Source: an uncultured Planctomycetota bacterium (lineage in GTDB: Bacteria > Planctomycetota > Planctomycetia > Isosphaerales > Isosphaeraceae). From it: a stretch of 32,000 bases of DNA. Shown in pieces: positions 8,165-16,398 of the stretch. The first letter of the stretch is position 1. Every line of letters begins with the position of its first letter. A model generated the notes under the pieces. The model saw only the letters and a list, made by a program, of their open reading frames with translations, did no database searches and had not been told where the DNA came from. Both the position numbers and the translations under genes were made by a program. The stretch is from the NCBI GenBank assembly GCA_963761445.1, contig CAVXHV010000018.1, positions 545,359 through 577,358 of the forward strand, in the 5' to 3' direction.

Positions 8165-11100
8165 TCACCGCAACCCAGCGAGAAACTCGAGCAGATCCGC
8201 AACCTGCTGCGCCGTCAGGTCGCGCAGCAACAGCTCGGGCATGAGCGACCGCGACTGGGGCACCATCCGCTCAATCTCGCCGTTTGACACTCTCACCGAT
8301 TTGCCCTGCGCGTCCTTGATCACCACGCCAGTCGCCGTCTTCTCGACAGCCAGGCCGGATATCACCTTCCCATCCTTGGTTTCCAGCAGATACGCGGTAA
8401 AGGCCGGGTCGATCGTCTTCGACGGCTCGAGGATTTGCTCGAGCATTTTCGCCTTGTCGTACTTCGCACCAATCTTACTAAGATCAGGTCCTATTGCTTC
8501 CCCCACGTCGCCCGCCTTGTGACACGTCTTGCACTGGGCGGCCGAATTGGCCGTGAAAACAAACTTGCCTCGAACCGCATCGCCGGAAAGGGCCAGGATG
8601 CTTGGCCCGTCGATCACGTCACCGAGCCTCTTGACCCGCTCCTCTTCGGGAATGAACCGTTCGAACAAGTCACGAACTTCCACACTCGGGCTCGTGCGGG
8701 CGATCGCTGCCACGTCATTCTTGAGCGGCGACCTGGCTGGCCCATGATTGATCAATCCCAGCAACAGCAAGGCGCCGCGCGTCGTCGCGGCCAGCCGTCG
8801 CACGGCCGCCGTGCGCTCCTCGGCTGAAAGCTGATCGAGCTTCCGCAGCGCGGCAAGGGCGTCGCGATCTTCTTTCGGCAGCGCCGCGGCCGGTTCCGTC
8901 GATCCGCCGGGGTCCGGCAGGCGCTCGATCCAGTTGGAGATCATCCGGGTCGCACGCTCGTCGACCTGGCTTGATCCCACGCGCGGCATGCGGCCGCCTC
9001 CGAGCTTGGACATGCGATAGTAGAGAATCGACCGCCCGGGATCACCGGGGGCGATGATCTTGGCCGCGGCGATGCCGAACGTTCCCTGGATCGGCCGGAT
9101 TCCGACCGTCTGCGTCGCCGGAAGTGGAATCTCGAACCCCAGCGCGATGTTCGCTGTGCCGCCGGCGTTGAACTGGTGGCAGTGGGCGCAGTTCGTCTGG
9201 AGATACGATCGAGCTCGGCGATCGAGCTCGGCCGATTCGTCGTTCGGATCGACCAGTTTGGGCAGACTCGCCACGTCCGGCGTCCACGCCAGAATGCCGG
9301 CTTCGTGCAAGACGGTGAGCTGGTTCGTCGTCCGCCCGGAACGAGTAAGCGGCTTGTTGAGCTGGGCCGCATTCACGCCCAGCGGCGATGCGGATTGGAT
9401 GCCGAAAATCGTCGTCTTCTTCTCAACCCAGGGGTTATGGCACAAAACACATTCAGACCGCGCGGCAACCCGGTATGCTCGCTTGTGCTTTGCCAGCGGC
9501 CCACCATCCGTGATCGTGAGAGTGGCTCCCCCGGCACTCACCAGTTCCGCGTCGTCCTGTGCGTCGTTCCAGAAGTAGGAGTAGGGCCGCCAGGCCTCGG
9601 ATTCCCGATGCAGGATCTGGGTTTCGACCCGGCGGCGGCTTGCCGGCTTGCCGGGCTCGAGCTCGAGCGAGACCGTGCGCGCCAGCACCGAGCCTTCGGG
9701 ATATTGCCAGACGCCCTGCCCATCGATACCGATCGTGCCGCTTCCTGGAATGGCCAGGAATCGCTCGGCGACCGCACCGTCAGCCCACAGCTCCGAGTTG
9801 ATTTCGTAGGGCAACACGCCCGGAGCAGGCCGTCCTTCGCGCATCGAGGCATAGAGCCCGCTCTCACTCAGCTTGCGCGGAAACGCGTTCTTCGACGTCG
9901 CGACCGGAGACCGCACCAGCTTGTAGATCTGGTGTGTTCGGTCGTGGTCGACCAGCAAGAGCTCGCCTCCGTTCGTTTCGGCGAACGCCACGAGATGAAG
10001 CGGTGTTCGCGCCAGCTCTGTCTGCCAGGTGACCTTACCTCCGGTTTCGCGCAGAGCCCAGATGATTCCTGTTTGAAAGTCGCCGTAAATGTAGGCACCC
10101 GAGAGCTCCGGAAGCCCCGTGCCGCGATAGACATAGCCGCCGGTGATCGAGGCCGCTTCCGAGTGAGGGTGCGCCTTGGTCGTGGGCAGAATGGGCGCTG
10201 GCCCACGCCGGGCTTCGACGTTGACCGGTTGCGGTCCCTCGACCACGCTCCACCCGTAGTTCCCGCCGCGCTCGACCTTGTCGACCAGCTCCCACAGCTC
10301 CCAGCCGACATCACCAACCCACAGGTCGCCGGTTTTCCGATCAAAGCTCATCTTCCATGGGTTGCGAAATCCGAACGCCCAGATCTCGGGCCTGACTCCC
10401 GCGAGGTTGGTAAAGGGATTGTCGGCCGGAATCGAATAGACGCGGCCCTCCCCCGGCCGATCGACGTCCACTCGCAGGATGCTCGAAAGCAAATCCGAGC
10501 AATCCTGTCCGGTCATCTTCGGGTCCGGCGGCGACGGGCTGGCGCCGTCCCCGGTGGATATATAAAGATATCCGTCTTTACCGAAAACAAGGCAGCCGCC
10601 GTTATGCCCCCCCGACCAGAAATTGAGGATGACCTGCTCGCTCTGCGGTTCGATCTCCGGGGGCTCCGTACGGCTCACCGTGAATCGGGAAACGACCGAT
10701 CCGTCCGGCACATCGTTCCGCCGCACATAGCAGATGTAGACGAAGCGGTTCTTGTCGAATTGCGGATGAAAAGCGATACCATAAAGTGCGGAGAAGTCGG
10801 GATGGAGCTTGCTCACGTCGAGCGCGAGGCGAGGTGTGCCCTCGGCCGGATCATCGAGAAAAGAGTAAATTCGGCCCTTCAATTCACCCACAAACAGCCG
10901 GTTCGTTCCCGCGGCGGGAACGAGCACGACCGGAAACTCGAATTTCAGTTTCGCAAAGGCGAGAGCAACCGTGAAGGGTGGTGGCGGGTCGGGTGTCCCG
11001 GTGAACCGCGAGCCGTTCCACCGGATACGCACCGGGGCCGCTCGCACTTGCTCGAGAGCCTCACCGGCCTTGGCCGAGTGATCCCAAGGCAAAAATCGGA

Positions 11101-11188
11101 GTGCCATGCAGGGTAGGAGCACCGTGGGCACGATGACCACGAGCGCGCTCGGCCAGATTCGTCGCGACATGCCCAGGCGGTGCCTCAA
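8165..11188 (-). CDS. Secreted or membrane-anchored PQQ-dependent sugar dehydrogenase-like beta-propeller fused to a tri-haem c-type cytochrome region (1007 aa)
   Basis: N-terminal signal/anchor MSRRIWPSALVVIVPTVLLPC. Glucose/sorbosone dehydrogenase-type motifs: LYGIAFHPQFDKNRFVYICYV, HNGGCLVFGKDGYLYISTGDG, FGFRNPWKMSFDRKTGDLWVGDVG, GGNYGWSVVEG. Three CxxCH motifs: CVLCH, CAHCH, CKTCH. The start could be 11188 or the ATG at 11170. Confidence 0.85.
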   Translation of the reverse strand: MRHRLGMSRRIWPSALVVIVPTVLLPCMALRFLPWDHSAKAGEALEQVRAAPVRIRWNGSRFTGTPDPPPPFTVALAFAKLKFEFPVVLVPAAGTNRLFVGELKGRIYSFLDDPAEGTPRLALDVSKLHPDFSALYGIAFHPQFDKNRFVYICYVRRNDVPDGSVVSRFTVSRTEPPEIEPQSEQVILNFWSGGHNGGCLVFGKDGYLYISTGDGASPSPPDPKMTGQDCSDLLSSILRVDVDRPGEGRVYSIPADNPFTNLAGVRPEIWAFGFRNPWKMSFDRKTGDLWVGDVGWELWELVDKVERGGNYGWSVVEGPQPVNVEARRGPAPILPTTKAHPHSEAASITGGYVYRGTGLPELSGAYIYGDFQTGIIWALRETGGKVTWQTELARTPLHLVAFAETNGGELLLVDHDRTHQIYKLVRSPVATSKNAFPRKLSESGLYASMREGRPAPGVLPYEINSELWADGAVAERFLAIPGSGTIGIDGQGVWQYPEGSVLARTVSLELEPGKPASRRRVETQILHRESEAWRPYSYFWNDAQDDAELVSAGGATLTITDGGPLAKHKRAYRVAARSECVLCHNPWVEKKTTIFGIQSASPLGVNAAQLNKPLTRSGRTTNQLTVLHEAGILAWTPDVASLPKLVDPNDESAELDRRARSYLQTNCAHCHQFNAGGTANIALGFEIPLPATQTVGIRPIQGTFGIAAAKIIAPGDPGRSILYYRMSKLGGGRMPRVGSSQVDERATRMISNWIERLPDPGGSTEPAAALPKEDRDALAALRKLDQLSAEERTAAVRRLAATTRGALLLLGLINHGPARSPLKNDVAAIARTSPSVEVRDLFERFIPEEERVKRLGDVIDGPSILALSGDAVRGKFVFTANSAAQCKTCHKAGDVGEAIGPDLSKIGAKYDKAKMLEQILEPSKTIDPAFTAYLLETKDGKVISGLAVEKTATGVVIKDAQGKSVRVSNGEIERMVPQSRSLMPELLLRDLTAQQVADLLEFLAGLR

Positions 11189-11668
11189 TGTCGTTGATCT
11201 AACTCGTTCCTCACCGGCGATTCAGTCCTTGGCGATCACGAACAACTGCAGGCTCCGCATCAGCCATTTGTCGCCTTGCTTTAAACGCATCTGAAAGTCT
11301 CCGAAGCAATGCTCGTCGGTCAGCAATCACGCAAAAACGTCCTCCAATTGATATCAAGAATCCATCGCTTAGTCGAGTCAGCGATCCGTTTCTCGGAGTC
11401 GGACTACGGCCTTGCGGCGATCACTCAAGGTCCCACCGGTTTGACCAGCTCGAACGAAACACTTACCGATCGTCCCATCCGACTGGCCTCCGATAACGAA
11501 AAAGACTCCGGTAACGAGCCAAACTCGGTCGGCTGGCGTACAATGAATGTAATGCTTGAAGCAGTCCGTTAATGCCACTAGACTCATTAGGGGGACGAGT
11601 GGCAAGACGTACGGGCTGCGTTGTATCGTGTTGTCGATAAGTTGTGCGACAGCGAGAGGAACGATTTC

Positions 11669-12829
11669 GTGGTGACCAAGCGGTGGCCTCTCCCGGTGGC
11701 CGTGTTGTTCAGTGGCGGCGAGACGCCGGGCATGAACGCATTTTTGCGAAACGTCGTCTGCCTGGGCCTGAACCGGCACGGAGCTCATGTGCTGGGCGTG
11801 AAGGGTGGCTTCGCCGGGCTGGTGCAAAGTGCAAAGCGGGTGCGCTCCGGGGAATTGACCGTCGCCGGTATTCAGGCTGAAATCGCCGGCCACCCGGGTT
11901 TGGCGGGTCTACAGCGCCCCAGCCAGAGCTTGGTGCTCATGGATAGCGACTCGGTCGGTGGGCTGCTCGAGCGCGGAGGAATCGTCCTGGGGTGTTCGCG
12001 CTGTCCGGAGTTTGCGGATCCGGAGGTTCGGTGGCGCGCGATCGAGTTGCTGTGGAACCTTGGAGTTGGAGCGGTAGTCGTGTGCGGCGGCGACGGATCG
12101 CTGGCTGGGGCGGCGTGCTTGGCCAGGGAGTCGGAGTTACGAGTTGTGGGCGTGCCGGCGACACTTGACAACGACGTGCCGATGACGGAAATCGCCCTGG
12201 GGGTGGACACAGCCGCCAACACCTTGGCAGCGGCGCTCGGGCACTTTTCGGACACGGCCGCGGGTGGGTATCGGATCGTGGTGCTGGAGGTGACGGGCCG
12301 AAACAGCGGTGAGCTGGCGCGGATGGCGGCCCTGGCTTCCGGGGCGGAAATCGTGGTCACGCCCGAGTGCGGGTTGTTCACCATGAATAAGATCAATGAG
12401 ATCGCGGCAGAGCTCGAGCGGGCGATGCTCCGCGGACGCCGGCACGCGGTGGTGCTCGTCGCCGCAGGCGTGCTGCTCGACCCGCAACTGGATGGTCAGG
12501 CGAGCGCGAATCCGACGATGCAACTGGCGCGCGAGCTGAGCGCCTATTTTCGCGCGCGATCGAGCTCGCTTCCCGGCCTCGATGTACAAGGCTGCGTTCT
12601 CGGGTCCTTACCGCGGGGCGGCGCGCCCTTGGTAGCCGACCGGATCCTCGCCGCCCGGTTCGCCGAAGCGGCCTGGGAAGTGATCACCAGCCCCGACGAA
12701 CGCAGTGGCGTGCTGGGCATGCACAACGGGTTGATGCTCTCGCAGGATTTCAAAGGCCGGATCGATCCCGAGCGTACCGAATGTGCCCGAAGGTTCTATA
12801 AGCTGCAGAAGGACGTCAGTAAAGTATAG
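11669..12829 (+). CDS. Phosphofructokinase-family protein (divergent PfkA-like)
   Basis: VAVLFSGGETPGMNAFLRNVV, VVVCGGDGSLAGA, GVPATLDNDV, GVDTAANT, VLEVTGRNSGELA and LPRGGAP parallel the PfkA motifs GGDAPGMN, GGDGS, TIDND, MGR and QRGG, with substitutions. I chose the GTG at 11669 (GAGAGGA 8 nt upstream). The ORF is open from TTG 11621, so the start is uncertain. Confidence 0.75.
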   Translation: MVTKRWPLPVAVLFSGGETPGMNAFLRNVVCLGLNRHGAHVLGVKGGFAGLVQSAKRVRSGELTVAGIQAEIAGHPGLAGLQRPSQSLVLMDSDSVGGLLERGGIVLGCSRCPEFADPEVRWRAIELLWNLGVGAVVVCGGDGSLAGAACLARESELRVVGVPATLDNDVPMTEIALGVDTAANTLAAALGHFSDTAAGGYRIVVLEVTGRNSGELARMAALASGAEIVVTPECGLFTMNKINEIAAELERAMLRGRRHAVVLVAAGVLLDPQLDGQASANPTMQLARELSAYFRARSSSLPGLDVQGCVLGSLPRGGAPLVADRILAARFAEAAWEVITSPDERSGVLGMHNGLMLSQDFKGRIDPERTECARRFYKLQKDVSKV

Positions 12830-12909
12830 ATACCAACGAGCGGGCCAGGAATCGCGCCGGTCTTACCCGAGCTTGGCCCGATGCCGGCTGTCGTCCCGGG
12901 AGCCTCATC

Positions 12910-13917
12910 ATGACCGAGAGCGAACGAATTCATGTCAACGTATCGGTCGCCATTGTGACCGACCAGAACAAGCGGGTTCTGCTAACCTTCAACGACAACT
13001 GGGGGATGTTCACGCTACCCATGACCCGGCGCCTCCAGGGACACCGAACCAAGGAACCGGCAACGCGGGCGGCGATTCGGGCCGCGGCGGAGGTCCTCGG
13101 CGTGCCGGTCCGGCTGGCCGAGGAGGATCAAGGTCCGAAACGTGTGCTTGCCCGTCTCGAGTCAGGGCGGCAGCTCACGGACAAGATCTACACTTACTTT
13201 GTCTATCAGGTCGAGCCGCATCCTGACTTCGCTGACGGCCTTCAGATTCGTCAGCCGTTTCTCTGGCTCTCGCCGCACCTCATCCTCTCCGGAGCTTACG
13301 ACCCGATCTCTGAATCGGCAAGGTTCATCCTGCGCGAGGTGCTCGCGGATTTCGAGATCCCGGCGCGAATCCAGCACACCAGCGTCTTGATCGTCCAGCG
13401 CCAGCATCCGGAGCGCGGCCTCCAGTTCCTGATGCGTCTGAACCCCGACTGGGGATACACTCTTCCCGCCAAGCGCTGGCAACCGCCCGAGCCGGCCAGG
13501 CTCGAGGCTCGCTCCGCACTTGCTCTGGCCGCGGCCCAGCGCGTGGCGCGCGAAGAACTGGGGCTAGAGCCGGGGACGGACGTAACGCTCAGCCCCGCGA
13601 GGGCCCCCGAATTCACCACCCACGGTATGAGCCAGACCCAGAATATCCCCGCCTTCGGCGAGACGGATTACGTGCATTGCGTCTTCGACGCCACGCTGCT
13701 CCACGCCGATAAACTGCAATCCGATCGCGCCTTGGCCTGGGTCACGCCGCGTGAAATTGACTACCGCTGGGCCGCCTCGTCCCATGGCGAACAACGAGTA
13801 CCTCCGGGCCGCTCGGGCCGCATATCCCGCACGGCCTACGACATCCTCGTGCACGAGGGATTGATTCCAGAAGAGGACGAACCCGATATCGATGAGCTTG
13901 GCGGTGTTCGAGGATAG
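12910..13917 (+). CDS. Hypothetical protein with two tandem Nudix-fold-like modules carrying eroded Nudix boxes (335 aa)
   Basis: ATG with GGGAG 7 nt upstream. Module 1: VSVAIVTDQNKRVLLTFNDNWGMFTLPMTRR...EPATRAAIRAAAEVLGV. Module 2: TSVLIVQRQHPERGLQFLMRLNPDWGYTLPAKR...AAAQRVAREELGL. Against the Nudix box RE[LIV]xEExG[LIV] these read RAAAEVLGV and RVAREELGL, and PGG is replaced by PMT and PAK. Confidence 0.55.
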   Translation: MTESERIHVNVSVAIVTDQNKRVLLTFNDNWGMFTLPMTRRLQGHRTKEPATRAAIRAAAEVLGVPVRLAEEDQGPKRVLARLESGRQLTDKIYTYFVYQVEPHPDFADGLQIRQPFLWLSPHLILSGAYDPISESARFILREVLADFEIPARIQHTSVLIVQRQHPERGLQFLMRLNPDWGYTLPAKRWQPPEPARLEARSALALAAAQRVAREELGLEPGTDVTLSPARAPEFTTHGMSQTQNIPAFGETDYVHCVFDATLLHADKLQSDRALAWVTPREIDYRWAASSHGEQRVPPGRSGRISRTAYDILVHEGLIPEEDEPDIDELGGVRG

Positions 13918-14024
13918 TCGCAGCTATTATGATCTTGCCCTGAGCCGGCTGGCGCCTTGTGAAATCCGCATGGCCAGGAGCAGTCGGGATCAGATCTGCC
14001 GGCTCTTTTGCAGGGGGAATGTTG

Positions 14025-14681
14025 ATGCCGTTGCGTTCGCTACATGTCGTGCACCTGCTCGTCCGGCACAACCGTCCGGATGGACAGACCGGTTTTCTGG
14101 TCTATCCCCACGAGCACTGGAAGGCCCCCGATGGCCAGCCGTACTTCGCCCTGCCGGCGAAGAAAACGGCGAGCGACCCGCTGGCCGAGCTCATCGAAGG
14201 CACGCCGCTCGATGGTTACGTCCAGGAGATCGCCTTGAAGGAATGGGGAATGCCATCGGACGCCTTTGCCGTGGACCAGGAATTCGAACCGGCAGAGTGG
14301 ACGATGCCTTCATCAGGACAGAAGGACGACGACTACCGCGCGCTGCCGACGCGATTTACGGTCCATCCGGTCGAGATCTGGCTGGCTCCCGAGCACCGCG
14401 AGCCGCTGCAGCAGCGCTTGCATGGTCGCTGGCTCACCGCACCTGAGGTGCTCGAGGAGCCGCGGCTCTCGCCAACGGCCCGGGGAGTATTCGTCGAGCT
14501 CACGAAGCGGCATGAACACCTCCAGTCGCATCCTCCCGGCCCCGAAGAAAAACACAAAGCGCAGCAGGCCGAGGCCCTCGCCCGTCTGTTCGGTCCGGTG
14601 TCTGACCGCCCCGGTACCGACGCCCGGCCGCGAGCTCTGCGCCACGGGGAAGGCGCAGGCGCGCACTTTGCCGGTGCATGA
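14025..14681 (+). CDS. Hypothetical protein with one Nudix-fold-like module (eroded box) and a low-complexity tail
   Basis: SLHVVHLLVRHNRPDGQTGFLVYPHEHWKAPDGQPYFALPAKK...LDGYVQEIALKEWGM has the same W/LPAK/helix-G layout as the two modules of the upstream protein. ATG 14025 has AGGGGGA 6 nt upstream. Alternative starts are ATG 14019 and GTG 13959. Confidence 0.5.
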   Translation: MPLRSLHVVHLLVRHNRPDGQTGFLVYPHEHWKAPDGQPYFALPAKKTASDPLAELIEGTPLDGYVQEIALKEWGMPSDAFAVDQEFEPAEWTMPSSGQKDDDYRALPTRFTVHPVEIWLAPEHREPLQQRLHGRWLTAPEVLEEPRLSPTARGVFVELTKRHEHLQSHPPGPEEKHKAQQAEALARLFGPVSDRPGTDARPRALRHGEGAGAHFAGA

Positions 14682-14772
14682 AGTCGGAGCAAGCTGCGGG
14701 ATTGAATCGAGGGAAGGCAAAACAGCGCACACGGCCCCTCCACAATCGCAAGGTGCTGCATCGAGCGATGAG

Positions 14773-15777
14773 ATGCACGATACCGAAGCCGATATGGCGC
14801 GCTGGCCGGCGCTTGAGCCGATGCTCAGGACGTGTGCTGAGGTCGTCGAGCCCGCGTTCCGCAGGGTCGATAAGGCGGCGCTGCGGCATCAGTGGAGTCA
14901 CCGGCAGCTTACCAAACTGGCAACGGTCTTCGGCGCCGCCGCGGTCATCTTCGCGATACTCCAGCTTGCCTTCGCCGACATGATCGGGGCGCACGTGCTC
15001 ACGATGCCCGAGCTCATCGCGGTGGTGCTTGCGTTCCTTGCCGTCGGGCTGGGAATTCGTGTCGCGTTTCAGGCCAACTGGCTGCTCGCCCGCAACAAGG
15101 CCGAGCGGCTCCGGCTTGCCAAGTTTCGGTTCCTGATTGATCCAGATCTTTGGAGTGGCGGCCCCAGCGTGCAGGCTCGAAAACGCGCGGAGCTGGAAGA
15201 AAAAGTCAGGATGATCCAGCAAAGCCGCCCTTCTGATCTGCATCACTGGGTCGAGCGCGACACCGTCCCCGACCCGCCACCTCCGGTGCTGGCCCTGCGT
15301 GCGCTGCCGCCCTCCGGCGGCGAGCTGCTCGATTACTACCGCACGCGGCGATTGCATTTTCAGCTCGCCTTCTTCCGCAAACGAGCCGACCAGAACTTCG
15401 CGATCAACAAATACACAAAACTCCTGTCGCCGATCCTGTTCTTCGGCAGCGTCGGGGCCGTCCTGATTCACTTCGGCTCCGACTTGAGGACCGGGGATGA
15501 AAAGCTCGACACCCTCAGCCGCTGGTTGATCGTGCTCGCGGCGTCGCTGCCGGTTTTAGGCGGAACGATTCGCACGTTCCACACCGCCTACGGGTTTGCG
15601 CCGAACACATACCGCTATCGGGCCAAGGCGGTCGCGCTGGCATCCATCGACTCGGTGCTGCAAAATGCGACCGACGCCGGCTCGCAGTTCCTCGAGCTTT
15701 GGCTCTGCGAAGAGACCCTCGAGACGGAACATCGCGAATGGCTGCGGCTCATGCTGGAAGCGGAGTGGTTCGCATGA
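14773..15777 (+). CDS. Four-TM membrane protein built from two SLATT/DUF4231-like 2TM units (334 aa)
   Basis: The predicted TM helices are LATVFGAAAVIFAILQLAF, LIAVVLAFLAVGLGIRVAF, LLSPILFFGSVGAVLIHFG and WLIVLAASLPVLGGTIRTF. Each pair is followed by an amphipathic helix (QANWLLARNKAERLRLAKFRF; NTYRYRAKAVALASI). The second pair is preceded by YYRTRRLHFQLAFFRKRADQNFAINKY, as in SLATT/DUF4231 families. The first ATG after the upstream stop is at 14773 and its SD is weak. The 169 codons upstream in ORF 14266..15777 are junk that overlaps the previous gene. Confidence 0.55.
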   Translation: MHDTEADMARWPALEPMLRTCAEVVEPAFRRVDKAALRHQWSHRQLTKLATVFGAAAVIFAILQLAFADMIGAHVLTMPELIAVVLAFLAVGLGIRVAFQANWLLARNKAERLRLAKFRFLIDPDLWSGGPSVQARKRAELEEKVRMIQQSRPSDLHHWVERDTVPDPPPPVLALRALPPSGGELLDYYRTRRLHFQLAFFRKRADQNFAINKYTKLLSPILFFGSVGAVLIHFGSDLRTGDEKLDTLSRWLIVLAASLPVLGGTIRTFHTAYGFAPNTYRYRAKAVALASIDSVLQNATDAGSQFLELWLCEETLETEHREWLRLMLEAEWFA

Positions 15778-15822
15778 CTCGCGTAGATCGATACGCACTG
15801 TTCAATTGAATTGAGGTGACTG

Positions 15823-16113
15823 ATGACTTACGAACCTCATCCTATCGACACGGACCCCGTCAAGCTTTCCCCGGAAATCGTCGCCTTGACCGAGCGGCTG
15901 GCGGCGCATTCTCACGATATCTGGGCCAGACAGCGCATCAAAGACGGCTGGAAGTTCGGTCCCGCCCGGAATGACCCCAACAAAGAGCACCCAAGCCTTG
16001 TGCCCTACGACCAGTTGTCCGAATCCGAGAAGCAGTACGACCGGAACGCGTCCTTGGAAACCATCAAGGCGATGCTGGCACTCGGCTACCAGATCACGCC
16101 GCCGCCTTCTTGA
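15823..16113 (+). CDS. Stand-alone RyR (ryanodine-receptor repeat, PF02026-like) domain protein (96 aa)
   Basis: LTERLAAHSHDIWARQRIKDGWKFGPARNDPNKEHPSLVPYDQLSESEKQYDRNASLETIKAMLALGYQI follows the RyR-domain consensus almost residue for residue. GAGG lies 6 nt upstream of the ATG. Confidence 0.8.
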   Translation: MTYEPHPIDTDPVKLSPEIVALTERLAAHSHDIWARQRIKDGWKFGPARNDPNKEHPSLVPYDQLSESEKQYDRNASLETIKAMLALGYQITPPPS

Positions 16114-16170
16114 TCGGGGGAAACAAAGGCGCGGACTTTCAAAGTAACGCCCCCGGACAAAAGGCGAAAA

Positions 16171-16398
16171 TCACCGTGTTCCCGCCTGAGCTTCCCTGTA
16201 TAGTCCCTGAGCCTCGATGTAAGCTTCCACGCCGCGTGGGACCATGTAGCGGATGCTCTTGCCGTCGCGCACTCGCCGGCGAAGGTCGGTTGAGGCGATT
16301 CCGATCGGTGGGATCGTGACCGCCGTGATCGGGCGTGCGTCCTCACCGAAGGAAGGTAACGCGAGAGGGTCGGCCTCTTCGATGCCGGGGCGATTCAC
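16171..16398 (-). CDS. nadD: Nicotinate-nucleotide adenylyltransferase, C-terminal fragment (other frame)
   Basis: This frame reads IARLATIVVVNRPGIEEADP...IGIASTDLRRRVRDGKSIRYMVPRGVEAYIEAQGLY, which includes the conserved NadD C-terminal ISST.IR....G.SIRYLVP block. The frame stays open upstream of 16398 to the CG run at 16425-16433. Confidence 0.85.
   Translation of the reverse strand: MNRPGIEEADPLALPSFGEDARPITAVTIPPIGIASTDLRRRVRDGKSIRYMVPRGVEAYIEAQGLYREAQAGTR

Noticed and set aside
9176-11116. 646-aa ORF on the plus strand, opposite the 1007-aa dehydrogenase/cytochrome gene
   Set aside because: No recognisable motifs and Arg/Pro-rich composition. The minus-strand product has full-length family similarity and three CxxCH motifs.
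14266-14772. 169-codon N-terminal extension of ORF 14266..15777. I also considered a CG-run (14659-14664) frameshift that would fuse the upstream Nudix-like protein to the SLATT-like protein
   Set aside because: The extension translates to Arg/Ser/Pro junk and overlaps the better frame of 13959..14681. The fusion is arithmetically possible (minus one CG unit). However, the 91-nt spacer at 14682-14772 has only about half G+C at third positions by my hand count, which looks non-coding. The fusion is not favoured but not excluded.
14500-15471. 323-aa minus-strand ORF opposite the SLATT-like gene
   Set aside because: Its composition is junk-like (Arg/Pro/Gly), whereas the plus-strand frame gives four clean TM helices.
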